Made by a program: the position numbers and the translations under genes. A DNA stretch of 64,000 bases, taken from contig CAWCEN010000003.1 in the NCBI GenBank assembly GCA_963794605.1, positions 113,658-177,657 on the forward strand. The letters are read 5' to 3'. Positions 1 to 8,319 of this stretch are shown piece by piece (the stretch's first letter is position 1; the number at the start of each line of letters is the position of its first letter). The notes below the pieces were generated by a model. It saw only the letters and a program-made list of their open reading frames with translations. It had not been told where the DNA came from and made no database searches. This stretch comes from an uncultured Actinomycetes bacterium (GTDB taxonomy: Bacteria; Actinomycetota; Thermoleophilia; Gaiellales; Gaiellaceae).

Positions 1-2252
1 GCGGCGAACATGAGTTGGCTGGCCTCCCGGAGCAGGTGGTCGGGGGTCTGAGTGACGGTGATGCCCGCGCGCTGCTGGACTCGGCGACCGGGCGACTGGA
101 CGAGCGCGTGCGTGATCGGATCGTCGCCGAGACGCGCGGCAACCCGCTGGCGCTGCTGGAGTTGCCTCGCGGGCTGACGCCGGCGGAGCTGGCGGGCGGA
201 TTCGCGCGTCCCGACGCGTCGCCGCTCGCGAGCCAGATAGAGCAGAGCTTCCTCCGCCAGCTTCAACCGCTCCCAGTTGAGACCCGACGACTCCTCCTCA
301 CGGCGGCGGCCGAGCCGGTCGGCGACGTGACCTTGTTGTGGCGAGCGGTCGAGCGGCTTGGGATCGGGGCCGACGCGGCAGCGCCGGCCGAGGCCGCGGG
401 GCTCATCGAGTTCGGTGCGCGGGTGCGTTTCCGTCATCCGCTGGTGCGCTCGGCGGCCTACCGGGCGGGCGGCGTGGGCGACCTGCAGGAGGTGCATCGC
501 GCGCTGGCCGATGTGACCGATCCAGATCTCGATCCTGACCGCCGAGCGTGGCATCGTGCCCAGGCGGCGGTGGGGCCTGACGAGGAGATTGCCGCGGAGC
601 TGGAACGCTCAGCCGGACGAGCGCAGGCGCGCGGGGGCCTTGCCGCCGCCGCCGCGTTCCTCGAACGCGCGGCGATGCTGACGACCGAGCCGGCGCATCG
701 CGCGCAGCGCGCATTGACCGCAGCGCAGGCCAAGCACCAAGCCGGGGCCTCCGACGCCGCGCTGGAACTGCTGGCCACCGCCAAGGCGGGCCCGCTCGAC
801 GAGCTGGGTCGCGCCCAGGGCGAGCTGCTGGGCGCCCAGATCGCATTCGCGGTGCGTCGCGGCCGCGACGCTCCGCCGTTGCTGCTCAGGGCCGCCCAGC
901 ATCTCGAGCCGCTCGATCAAAGGCTCGCGCGCGACACCTATCTCGACGCGTTCGCCGCGGCGACTTTCGCCGGCCGTCTGGCCAGCGGCGGCGGTGTGCT
1001 GGAGGTTGCGCAAGGGGCGCTCACGGCGCCACCGTCATTGCAGCCCCTGCGCGCGGCCGATCTCTTGCTGGATGGCCTGGCGCTCCGGACCACCCAGGGC
1101 TATGGGAGAGGGGCACCCGTGTTGAGGGAGGCGCTGAGCGCGTTTCGGAGCGAGCGCCTCTCCAGCGAGGAGGCGATCCGCTGTTTCTGGCTCGCCTGTT
1201 ACGTCGCCGCCACGGATCTCAGGGATGACGAGATTTGGGACGTGCTCTCCGCCCGTCAGGTCCAGCTCGCCCGTGATGCCGGTGCGCTCACGGAGCTCCC
1301 CATCGCCCTCGCCACACGCCTCGCCCTCCTCCTGCTCGCCGGCGAGTTGGCCGCGGCCGCCTCACTGGTCGAGGAGCTGGCGGCGATCATCGATGCAACG
1401 GGGAGCTCCCTCGCGCCCTACGGCGCCATGTTGCTCGCCGCCTGGTGCGGCCGCGAAGCCGAAACGTCCAAGGTGATCGAGGCCAGCACGAGGGAGGTGG
1501 TGGCCCGCGGCGAGGGACTGGGGCTTTCCGACATCGAGTGGGCGAGCGCGATGCTCTACAACGGCCTCGGCCGGTACGAGGACGCGCGCGCCGCGGCCCA
1601 GCAAGTCCTGGCGTACCCGCACGACCCGCTGTTCTCATTTATCGTGCCCGAGTTCATCGAGGCGGCCTCCCGCAGCGGAAGGGCTGAGGGCGCCGACGAC
1701 GCCCTCAAGCGGCTGGCGGAGTCGACACGCGCCAGCGGCACCGACTGGGCGCTGGGCATCGAGGCGCGCTCCCGAGCGCTGCTCAGCGACGGCGAGGCCG
1801 CCGAGTACCTCTACCGTGAGGCGATCCAGCGGCTTGGCCGCACCCGCATCCGCTTCGAGCTCGCTCGCGCCCACCTGCTCTACGGCGAGTGGCTGCGCCG
1901 CGAGCACCGACGGGTGGATGCGCGCGAGCAGCTGAGGCGCGCCCACGGGATGCTCGGCGACATGGGAGCCGAGGCTTTTGCCGAGCGCGCGCGCCGCGAG
2001 CTGGCGGCCACCGGCGAGACGGTGCGCAAACGCACAGCAGACACACGCGGTCAGCTCACCGCGCAGGAGACCCAGATCGCCGAACTTGCGCGCGAAGGCC
2101 ACTCGAACCCCGAGATTGGCGGGCAGCTGTTCATCAGCCCGCGGACTGTCGAGTACCACCTGCACAAGGTGTTCACGAAGCTCGAGATCAGCTCGCGCAA
2201 TGAGCTCCAGCGAGTGCTTCCGAACCAAGCACGAGAAGCCCAGCCGGTCTAG
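1..2252 (+). CDS. LuxR-family (LAL/MalT-type) transcriptional regulator, 5' end outside window
   Basis: Frame is open from the window edge, and the TTG at 15 is internal. Long Leu/Ala-rich helical region typical of LAL regulators. C-terminal LuxR HTH 'ETQIAELAREGHSNPEIGGQLFISPRTVEYHLHKVFTKLEISSRNEL'. Strong GC3 bias. Confidence 0.85.
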   Translation, partial: GEHELAGLPEQVVGGLSDGDARALLDSATGRLDERVRDRIVAETRGNPLALLELPRGLTPAELAGGFARPDASPLASQIEQSFLRQLQPLPVETRRLLLTAAAEPVGDVTLLWRAVERLGIGADAAAPAEAAGLIEFGARVRFRHPLVRSAAYRAGGVGDLQEVHRALADVTDPDLDPDRRAWHRAQAAVGPDEEIAAELERSAGRAQARGGLAAAAAFLERAAMLTTEPAHRAQRALTAAQAKHQAGASDAALELLATAKAGPLDELGRAQGELLGAQIAFAVRRGRDAPPLLLRAAQHLEPLDQRLARDTYLDAFAAATFAGRLASGGGVLEVAQGALTAPPSLQPLRAADLLLDGLALRTTQGYGRGAPVLREALSAFRSERLSSEEAIRCFWLACYVAATDLRDDEIWDVLSARQVQLARDAGALTELPIALATRLALLLLAGELAAAASLVEELAAIIDATGSSLAPYGAMLLAAWCGREAETSKVIEASTREVVARGEGLGLSDIEWASAMLYNGLGRYEDARAAAQQVLAYPHDPLFSFIVPEFIEAASRSGRAEGADDALKRLAESTRASGTDWALGIEARSRALLSDGEAAEYLYREAIQRLGRTRIRFELARAHLLYGEWLRREHRRVDAREQLRRAHGMLGDMGAEAFAERARRELAATGETVRKRTADTRGQLTAQETQIAELAREGHSNPEIGGQLFISPRTVEYHLHKVFTKLEISSRNELQRVLPNQAREAQPV

Positions 2253-2381
2253 CCGACCCACCAGCAGCTCGAAGGCCTAGGGACTTCGGTCCCGGGACTA
2301 GGGCGTCGACTCGGGCGCCGCTCGATGCGAGCTCCTGCTCTTGTGACGCAAGCTCGGTGCACAACGTCAGGGAGGAATGAG

Positions 2382-2648
2382 ATGAACAGCTCACACGATC
2401 ACACCCCCGCCGGTCCCGCCCGAGTCGTGCTTGCCAAGCGCAGGAATGCCGGTATCCAGGTGACGCTCCTCTGGTCAGAGGACACGAACGCCGTCGCGGT
2501 TCTCGTCCGCGACGACGGCACTGACGACGAGTTCGAACTGAGCGTCGAACCCGGGGGCAACGCGCTCGACGCCTTCGAACACCCTTACGCCTACGCCGCG
2601 TGGCGTGGCGTCGACTACCGGCTCGCCGACCTCAGAGACGCGGCTTAA
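2382..2648 (+). CDS. small hypothetical protein (88 aa)
   Basis: Track ORF 2325..2648 trimmed to ATG 2382, which follows GGGAGGA. GC3-rich. No domain recognised. Confidence 0.55.
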   Translation: MNSSHDHTPAGPARVVLAKRRNAGIQVTLLWSEDTNAVAVLVRDDGTDDEFELSVEPGGNALDAFEHPYAYAAWRGVDYRLADLRDAA

Positions 2649-2726
2649 GCTCCGCACCACTCGCTCGTGTGCCACGACGCGCCAGGAGCCGTTTGGAAGA
2701 CTTCGCACACCCACACGAGGACAGGT

Positions 2727-3032
2727 ATGAATCCCGGGGCCGACACTTTGCTGACCGTGCGATGGCGGGATCGCTCCTTCGTTCTACGAGCCCCGGAACA
2801 AGTCGGGGAATTCGCGCGGAGGCTTGAAGAGAAGGGCTTGGCCAACCTCGCCATGTCGATTAGAGGCGCAGTGGTCGAAGGCAAAGCGGGCTCTGAGAAA
2901 GTCCTCAGCGACGAGGAACGTGAGGCTCTCTGTGCTGTGCTGACTGAGGCCGAGGGCGATCCGGCGCTGAGGAGAGCATTCACACTCCTGTGCGCAGAAC
3001 CGCAGCATCGCCGGTTGGAAACAGGCGCCTAG
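2727..3032 (+). CDS. hypothetical protein (101 aa)
   Basis: Track ORF 2667..3032 trimmed to ATG 2727 ('MNPGADTLL'). GC3-rich. No domain recognised. Confidence 0.5.
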   Translation: MNPGADTLLTVRWRDRSFVLRAPEQVGEFARRLEEKGLANLAMSIRGAVVEGKAGSEKVLSDEEREALCAVLTEAEGDPALRRAFTLLCAEPQHRRLETGA

Positions 3033-3250
3033 GCTGCGACTGATTCGGCGCCGGGACCGCAGGAGCGGAAGCCTCCAGACTCATCACCCACGCACCGCCT
3101 GGAACATACGTCGTTATCTAGGCCCAGCAGCACCCGCCGGGCGGTCGGCACCGCAGGCTAGGGCACCGACCCGGGCCCCCACAGACGCGACAGGCCGCCC
3201 AACGCGCGACCCTTGATCGCACTACATCCCCAACTCACTGGAGGTCACAG

Positions 3251-3913
3251 ATGTCCGCATCAAACATCGTCAGCCAAGCAGAACGAACAGGGTCGCTCGG
3301 CGACGACGAGAGCATGCGCGAGGTGCTCGACTTCCTCGTCACCGAGGAACAGCTCGGCGTGACGCTCGTGTCCGCCGCGATCGAGAACGCACCCGGCACC
3401 CCTTCGGAAGCGTTCCTTCCCGTCTTGCGCAACGGCGTCACTCAGGAATACCTCCACGTGGAGGCACTGAAGGAAGCCGGCGGCAAGCCACTAACGACCA
3501 GGTACTGGTTTCCCGATGCAGCCCTCGACAACGGCGGCATCGGCGTGTTCGAGACCCTCGAGGTCATCGAGACCATCGAGATCAGCCTCTACCTGATCGG
3601 CGTCAGCGCCTTCGCCCGCCGCGGCGACGACTTCGGCGCCCGCCTCTGCGCGGAGGCGATGGGCACCGAGGCTGTCCATCGCGCGCTCGTACGCTTCGCA
3701 CAAGGTGAACTGGGCAAGGAGATCGGCCCGCCCAACGACGTTGGCTTCGAGAACTTTGACTGGCCTACGCTCGGCGCGGTCCGCGAGGCCCTCGAGGCAC
3801 TCGGCATCGGCTACGGGGTCGAGACCTCACAGCCCGGTAGGTTCTACCAATACCCTGGCGACCCGCTCGCCAACGGCCTCGGCACTCCCGTCGACCACAC
3901 CGAGCCACGCTGA
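3251..3913 (+). CDS. ferritin-like domain protein
   Basis: ATG 3251 lies just downstream of GGAGG. Paired E-x-x-H motifs ('TQEYLHVEAL', 'GTEAVHRAL') as in ferritin-like four-helix bundles. Confidence 0.6.
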   Translation: MSASNIVSQAERTGSLGDDESMREVLDFLVTEEQLGVTLVSAAIENAPGTPSEAFLPVLRNGVTQEYLHVEALKEAGGKPLTTRYWFPDAALDNGGIGVFETLEVIETIEISLYLIGVSAFARRGDDFGARLCAEAMGTEAVHRALVRFAQGELGKEIGPPNDVGFENFDWPTLGAVREALEALGIGYGVETSQPGRFYQYPGDPLANGLGTPVDHTEPR

Positions 3914-4009
3914 ACGCACCACCGCGCGGCGCGCGGCTCCGTCCGGCGCGCGCCGCGCACAAGCCAAGCGATAAGCCCAGGCCCGCAAGGATCCAGGGCG
4001 GGTACATGA

Positions 4010-4222
4010 GGAGGACTCACCTGCCTCGACCGCGTCTCGGATGCCTCGTTCGCCCAAGTAACACCGCTCGGGACGGCAGCGGTCGTGCGGTCAGTGCCGC
4101 TGGCGCGCATCCTTCTAGAGGCAGGAGCGGACCCATCGGCGGGCGGAGAGACGCCGGACTCGACGGCACGAGAGAACGGGGATGAGGAGCTCGTAGACCT
4201 GATCCGCTCGCACGGAGGATGA
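4010..4222 (+). pseudogene. ankyrin-repeat gene remnant (3' fragment, no usable start)
   Basis: Frame open 4010-4219 reads '..TPLGTAAVVRSVPLARILLEAGADPSAGGETPDSTARENGDEELVDLIRSHGG*', about 1.5 ankyrin repeats. Only internal GTGs and no SD. Confidence 0.3.
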
Positions 4223-4260
4223 CCGTCGGGGTTGCCGCCCCTGGGCCAGGTGCGGGAGCG

Positions 4261-4659
4261 TCACTTGACGCGCTGCGCGAACACCCACACCTGGCCTTCG
4301 GGATCGGTCGCCGTAAACCGGCGGTCGCCGACGGGCGCCGTCTCCAGGTCGGTTAAGTCGGCGCCAGCAGCGCTAGCCCGCTCATGAAGAGCATCGACGT
4401 CGTCGACGTAGAAATGAATCAGTACCGGCGGATACGCGTCGAGCCGCTTCGGGCTCTTGAAGCTCTCTCCGGCCTGGCCGAGCATCACCAATCCATCTTC
4501 GCCCAGCACCAGCTCCCTGTGCATCCGCCCGGCGGCGCCTGTCTGTGCCAGGCGCTGAACGAAGCCGAACGTCGTCGTCAGATACTCGACCGCGCTCGAT
4601 GCGTCCTCGTAGAGCAAGTACGGGCAGACGCGCGTGTAACCCTGCGGCGGGTTCTTCAT
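4261..4659 (-). CDS. VOC (glyoxalase/bleomycin-resistance, PhnB-like) family protein
   Basis: 132-aa ORF. The pattern 'VCPYLLYEDASSAVEYL...LIHFYVDDVDA...DPEGQVWVF' is typical of the VOC fold. Confidence 0.8.
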   Translation of the reverse strand: MKNPPQGYTRVCPYLLYEDASSAVEYLTTTFGFVQRLAQTGAAGRMHRELVLGEDGLVMLGQAGESFKSPKRLDAYPPVLIHFYVDDVDALHERASAAGADLTDLETAPVGDRRFTATDPEGQVWVFAQRVK

Positions 4660-4813
4660 CTCACCATAGGTTCCCCGCCGCGCTCACCGGTAATCCGCAG
4701 CGTCGGCTGCGCGAGCGTTCGGAAATGTCACCCGAAGGGGCGAAGGGCTACGTGACCGTGACCGTGCGTTGGGCGAGAGGCGCTCTCGCGTGTTTCCCGA
4801 AGGCGCAGAGGAG

Positions 4814-5734
4814 CTAGACCTCGAGCGCAACGGCTCCGCCTCCTGCAACGGCGCGAGTGAGTGCCGCGTCGGCCTCCGCGAAGGGGAAAGACGCGCCAAG
4901 CTCGAAGTCGAGGCGTCCGGTGGCTAAATCTTGACCGGCGCCCGCGAGCTGCTCCCCGTCGGGGCGCACGTACAGCGAGACGACTTCGATTCCTCGCTCG
5001 CTGTCGGGCGGGTCGGAAGTGATCGTGACCAGACGACCGCCGTCTCGAACCGCCGCGAGCGCGACCGCGGCACCGTCGGGCGCCGCGTTGGCAGCGGCAT
5101 CGACACCATGGCCGGCAGTCGCCGCCACGACCTGAGCCGTCCAGTCCGGGTCGTGGTAGTCGATCACCGTCGTGGCTCCGGAACCGATTACCCGCTCGCG
5201 ACTCCTCGGTCCCGCCGTCGCGATCACCTCGACACCGCGAAGAGCTGCCATCGAGACGATCAACGTTCCGGTGGCTCCGCCCGCTCCGTTCACGAGCAGC
5301 CGCTCGCCGCGGTTCACGCGCAGGCCTTCGTCCAGCACCTGAACCGCGGTCAGTGCCGGGACCGGGAACGCAGCGGCATGCGTCCACGAAATCTCCGCCG
5401 GTTTGGGGGCGAGCAAGGCGGCCTCGGCCACGAGCCACGGCGCCCAGCATCCTTGCTCCGCGAGTGGGAGCGGATGGGTGAACACCGGATTCCCGATCGA
5501 CCACCCCTCGAACCCGGCACCCACGGCCGCAACCACCCCTGCCGCCTCGACGCCGAGCGCCATCGGCGGCCCTCGTCCCAGATCCCAACGGCCAGTCCGG
5601 GCGAACTCATCCCAACTGCCGACACCGGCGGCCTTGACCTCGATCAGAACTTCGCCGGTGCGCGGTGCGCGAGCGTCAGGCACCTCCAGCACAGTCACAC
5701 CGCCACCGAATTCTTCGATCCCTGCGACGCGCAC
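4814..5734 (-). CDS. NADPH:quinone oxidoreductase / zinc-type alcohol dehydrogenase (MDR superfamily)
   Basis: 306 aa. 'GEVLIEVKAAGVGSWD' and Rossmann 'LLVNGAGGATG' motifs. GTG start at 5734. Confidence 0.85.
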   Translation of the reverse strand: MRVAGIEEFGGGVTVLEVPDARAPRTGEVLIEVKAAGVGSWDEFARTGRWDLGRGPPMALGVEAAGVVAAVGAGFEGWSIGNPVFTHPLPLAEQGCWAPWLVAEAALLAPKPAEISWTHAAAFPVPALTAVQVLDEGLRVNRGERLLVNGAGGATGTLIVSMAALRGVEVIATAGPRSRERVIGSGATTVIDYHDPDWTAQVVAATAGHGVDAAANAAPDGAAVALAAVRDGGRLVTITSDPPDSERGIEVVSLYVRPDGEQLAGAGQDLATGRLDFELGASFPFAEADAALTRAVAGGGAVALEV

Positions 5735-5740
5735 GATCGG

Positions 5741-5932
5741 TCACCGACAGCCTAGCGACCCAGGAATCGGCGCGTCCTCGCGCGGGGCCGGACGGTCGTG
5801 CTCGAGCCGCCCATGCTCGACGTCTTCGTGATGCAGCCGGCAGAGGCACGCGCAGTTGGCGGGATCGACCGGAGCGCCACCCTTGCGAACGCCGACGATC
5901 GAGCGAGGCTCGCCGATGATGTGCAGCCGCGG
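5741..5932 (-). pseudogene. HNH endonuclease, C-terminal half only
   Basis: Minus-strand frame reads '*PRLHIIGEPRSIVGVRKGGAPVDPANCACLCRLHHEDVEHGRLEHDRP..*' (H-I-I..GG..N..LC..HH motif). An in-frame stop lies immediately upstream and there is no start codon. Confidence 0.45.
5753..5792 (-). repeat. degenerate tRNA-Arg 3'-half fragment (distal att-like remnant)
   Basis: Plus strand reads 'gcgacc CAGGAATCG gc GCGtCCTCGCGC gggg CCGGA'. The tRNA at 11697-11736 reads 'gcgcctgg CAGGAATCG aacct GCGaCCTCGCGC t CCGGA'. Same orientation as the intact tRNA. Confidence 0.5.
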
Positions 5933-6150
5933 TCACCGCTACACGCCGACCTCCAAGCACAGCCGATTGCCCGATCTGCGGGCCGGCCAGGAACAGAGAG
6001 CGGGATCAGGATCCGTATCGCAAGGTGTTGCACTCAGCGCCCTGGCAGAAGACACGCAAGCTGGTGCGGGCGAGGGACCAGGATCGCTGCCGGCTCGAAG
6101 GTGTGGGCGACCCGTGCGGCGGAAGGATCGAGGTGCATCACACGTCTTGA
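5920..6150 (+). pseudogene. HNH endonuclease, N-terminal half only
   Basis: Frame-1 reads '..ADCPICGPARNRERDQDPYRKVLHSAPWQKTRKLVRARDQDRCRLEGVGDPCGGRIEVHHTS*'. This shows the Zn-finger CxxC, W..R..V..RD and C.G..EVHH motifs. There is no start codon after the upstream stop at 5917-5919. Confidence 0.45.
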
Positions 6151-6245
6151 GCCGGATTCCTTAGAGGAAGTTGACCGGACACCCCGGCTGCGGCCATTCG
6201 CCTCTACCCTGGTAAGAGACCGACAGTCGAAGGGAGTCATCCGAA

Positions 6246-6593
6246 ATGTCGGATAGCAGCGACGAAGCCGAGGAACAAGTATCCGCGGGCAGCGGTGACG
6301 TGACTGAGCGCCTGGCGGTCGTCGCCAGGCTCCGACCAGGCTCCGGCGAGCGGGCGCGTCAGATCCTCGCCGGAGGCGCGCCTTACGGGCTCGACGAGGC
6401 CGGTTTTGGGCGGCACAGTGTCTTCCTCGCCGAGGAGGTAATGGTCTTTGTCTTCGAAGGCCCGGGCATCGAAGGGCTCGTCCGCGACCTCGTCGACGAC
6501 CCAACCAGCTCGTCCACGTTCAGCGTCTGGGGGCCACTCCTTGACGGGACGCCCATGCTTGCGCGGGAGGAGTTCTACTGGGAAGCCGGCTAG
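6246..6593 (+). CDS. hypothetical protein (115 aa)
   Basis: ATG start with an acidic N-terminus. GC3-rich. No domain recognised with confidence. Confidence 0.55.
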   Translation: MSDSSDEAEEQVSAGSGDVTERLAVVARLRPGSGERARQILAGGAPYGLDEAGFGRHSVFLAEEVMVFVFEGPGIEGLVRDLVDDPTSSSTFSVWGPLLDGTPMLAREEFYWEAG

Positions 6594-6903
6594 CGCGGAC
6601 CAGGAGGTGCCAGTCGAGGAAGAGAGCCGTTTTTTGAGCTTGCGCTCGACTCACCCCTCGTCCGGCCTCCTGGTGAGCGACGCCGGTCAGTGCGATCAGG
6701 GTTGACGCGGCCAGAGCGGCTTCCTCGATCGTCGCGTGAGGATCCTCCTCGAGGTAGCGCAGGAGCCAGCGGGCCGCGACCCGCTGGTGACGGCGGGGAT
6801 CCCTCCGGGCGACGAGCACGGTCAGTTCGAGCGCGTCCGCGAGGCTGAGCTGCGGCACGTCTTTCGCGGCGGCCATCGCGGAGAGCACGTTCCGCCGCTT
6901 CAT
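6520..6903 (-). CDS. hypothetical helical protein (island family 'A'; paralogue of the interrupted copy at 9565-10312)
   Basis: Track ORF trimmed to ATG 6903 ('MKRRNVLSAMAAAKDVPQLSLADALE...RVAARWLLRYLEEDPHATIEEAALAASTLIALTG'). A DNA-level homologue occurs in inverted orientation at 9565-9640 and 10127-10250. Confidence 0.55.
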   Translation of the reverse strand: MKRRNVLSAMAAAKDVPQLSLADALELTVLVARRDPRRHQRVAARWLLRYLEEDPHATIEEAALAASTLIALTGVAHQEAGRGVSRAQAQKTALFLDWHLLVRASRLPSRTPPAQAWASRQGVAPRR

Positions 6904-7042
6904 TGCCCGTTGGAAGACCGCGTACGGATGGCCCTGCGAGGTCGAGGCTCCTCCTCCCTCGGGGCCGCGACGGCCCAACAAGCTTATGGGGCTTTTGTTC
7001 CCCTAGCTGGGGGAAGTCCGATTCGGCCGCCGCTGAGTAGAT

Positions 7043-7098
7043 GAGCTAGAGGGGTCGCGCGTGCGCCAAGCAGGCAGTGTGCGCGGCCCCTCTAGCTC
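7043..7098. repeat. long hairpin (about 18-bp stem, 20-nt loop)
   Basis: 'gagctagaggggtcgcgc' at 7043-7060 pairs with 'gcgcggcccctctagctc' at 7081-7098. Confidence 0.7.
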
Positions 7099-7220
7099 GA
7101 AGCGCTCCGCAGGTCGGCGGGGGAAGAGGCAGGCCTCTCCGCGGAGTCATAGCCGCAGTACAAAACAGGGTACGCCTCCATCGAGATCGCTTCAACCACT
7201 CCGAGGCTCCGCAACTCTTT

Positions 7221-7310
7221 GGAGAGCTGGGGCGTCCCAGCATTCCCGTCCTCGCTGGGTCCGGCCTCCTGGCCGCAAGGCGGGCCGGACATAAGACGCC
7301 CCAGCTCTCC
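7221..7310. repeat. 90-nt three-way structure closed by a 16-bp perfect helix
   Basis: 'ggagagctggggcgtc' 7221-7236 pairs with 'gacgccccagctctcc' 7295-7310. Two inner hairpins: ccagc/gctgg at 7237-7258 and tccggcc/ggccgga at 7260-7289. Confidence 0.7.
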
Positions 7311-7593
7311 CTATTCCTCTCTACTGCCGCGGCGCCCCGCTGGTTTTACGCGGTGTCCCTCAGCCGCTCGATCTCCCGACGCAGCACAGGGATTGGACAG
7401 TGGGCTAGAGCCGGTGAGCTCCGCGGGGGAGGGGGTGTCTTCGAAGACAGTGGTGCTTGGGAACCCCTCTCCAGCCTTTCGCGTCTTTTTTTCTCGACGG
7501 GCCGCAATCGTGTGTTTCGCCGATGGGTGGCAAGCGGGTCTCCACGCCACAACTCTTCGAGACGGACGCCGCCCCTAGTTGAGCGCGTCGTTC

Positions 7594-7776
7594 CTACTTA
7601 AAGGAGTCCCTGTCGGACGGGGGCCTCATCAGATCCCAAGGTTCTCCGCGTTGCCAGGGGTCGACCTCATCTGACTTCTTAGGCTCCCGGCGTGGGTCGA
7701 GCCATCTCGCTACCTGCTTGAGGTTGTGCGCGGCGCGGCTCCTGAACGTCGGGCGCTTCAGATCGCGGTACCGCAT
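7594..7776 (-). CDS. possible small basic protein (60 aa), very uncertain
   Basis: This is the only ORF in the 1.3-kb gap whose first half has host-like GC3 ('MRYRDLKRPTFRSRAAHNLKQ'). No SD and no recognised motif. Confidence 0.2.
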   Translation of the reverse strand: MRYRDLKRPTFRSRAAHNLKQVARWLDPRREPKKSDEVDPWQRGEPWDLMRPPSDRDSFK

Positions 7777-7989
7777 GGAGCGAGTCTACGCCTAGTCCTG
7801 CTCCTCGATTTCCTTTTCGGAGCTCGTTTAAGCCTCTTCGTCACCCATCCAGCCGTTAACTTGTTGCGGCAAGGCGTTCCCTTACGGGGGCGGGCCCGGG
7901 CCCCTGCAATACCCGAGGGCTTGACCGCCGCCACCGGCCCTCTTCTATGCTCGCTCGGCTGACCCGCCGCAGGAAGACCGGCGTCGTAC

Positions 7990-8015
7990 GGGGGGTCGCT
8001 GCTAACCCCCCTTTT
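7990..8015 (+). terminator. intrinsic-terminator-like hairpin
   Basis: 'ggggggt' 7990-7996 pairs with 'acccccc' 8005-8011, with an 8-nt loop, followed by TTTT 8012-8015. Confidence 0.35.
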
Positions 8016-8278
8016 CGCCCAGCGGGGTGGTCGGCGCACACCAAACACCCCGGCTCTCCTTTTTTCTTACCGAGGCACGGTCTTCTTCAAACGGCAGGCC
8101 GCCCTGTTTCGCACAGGCCGTACGTTTTGCGAGAAGCCTGGACCCAGAGAGGCCGCCCCCTCCCCGAAACACCCCGATGGGCGTGAGGCTGACAACATCA
8201 CCAGGCGACGGATTCTGTACTGGCTTGCTGCGATGGTCGCGCTTGAATCGTTCCCGCCAGCCCCAGACGAAATCGCTG

Positions 8279-8319
8279 CTAACGGGGAGATCATGCGCCT
8301 GATAGGAACGAATCCCTGC
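8279..8319 (-). repeat. degenerate copy of tRNA-Arg 3' end plus downstream flank (att-like remnant)
   Basis: 'ctaacggggagatcATGCGCCTGatAGGAAcGAAtccctgc' here, against 11681-11720 'ctaaccgggtcgctATGCGCCTGgcAGGAAtCGAAcctgc'. 22 of the first 30 positions are identical ungapped, including a 9-mer. Same orientation. Confidence 0.5.

Larger units (their letters stand above)
5793..8278. mobile_element. older (distal) decayed integrative-element remnant
   Basis: Bounded by tRNA-derived direct repeats at 5753-5792 and 8279-8319. Contains nuclease fragments, orphan genes and a 1.3-kb ORF-free, lower-GC segment. Confidence 0.4.

Noticed and set aside
4728-5588. A 286-aa minus-strand ORF and the 274-aa plus-strand ORF 4931..5755 overlapping the oxidoreductase gene.
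   Set aside because: Their translations are Arg-rich low complexity. The oxidoreductase frame has the motifs and the GC3 bias.
7005-7030. A 'GGGGAAGTCCGATTCGG' motif resembling the RNase P RNA 'GGAAAGUCCGGGC' or a cobalamin-riboswitch core.
   Set aside because: None of the other universally conserved RNase P blocks are present on either strand (for example ACAGAAnCCGGCUUA and GGUAA-type elements). The B12 box and GGUGAAAAUCC elements are also absent.
8097-8140. A 'ggccgtacg' segment reminiscent of group II intron domain V.
   Set aside because: The 34-nt domain V hairpin cannot be formed. There is no GUGYG 5' end and no reverse transcriptase ORF.
6982-8290. tmRNA, SRP RNA or 6S RNA as the identity of the structured gap.
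   Set aside because: There is no tRNA-like 3' end (GGTTCGA..CCA), no tag-reading-frame context, no SRP domain IV motif, and the size does not fit. The segment is left as unassigned in the findings.
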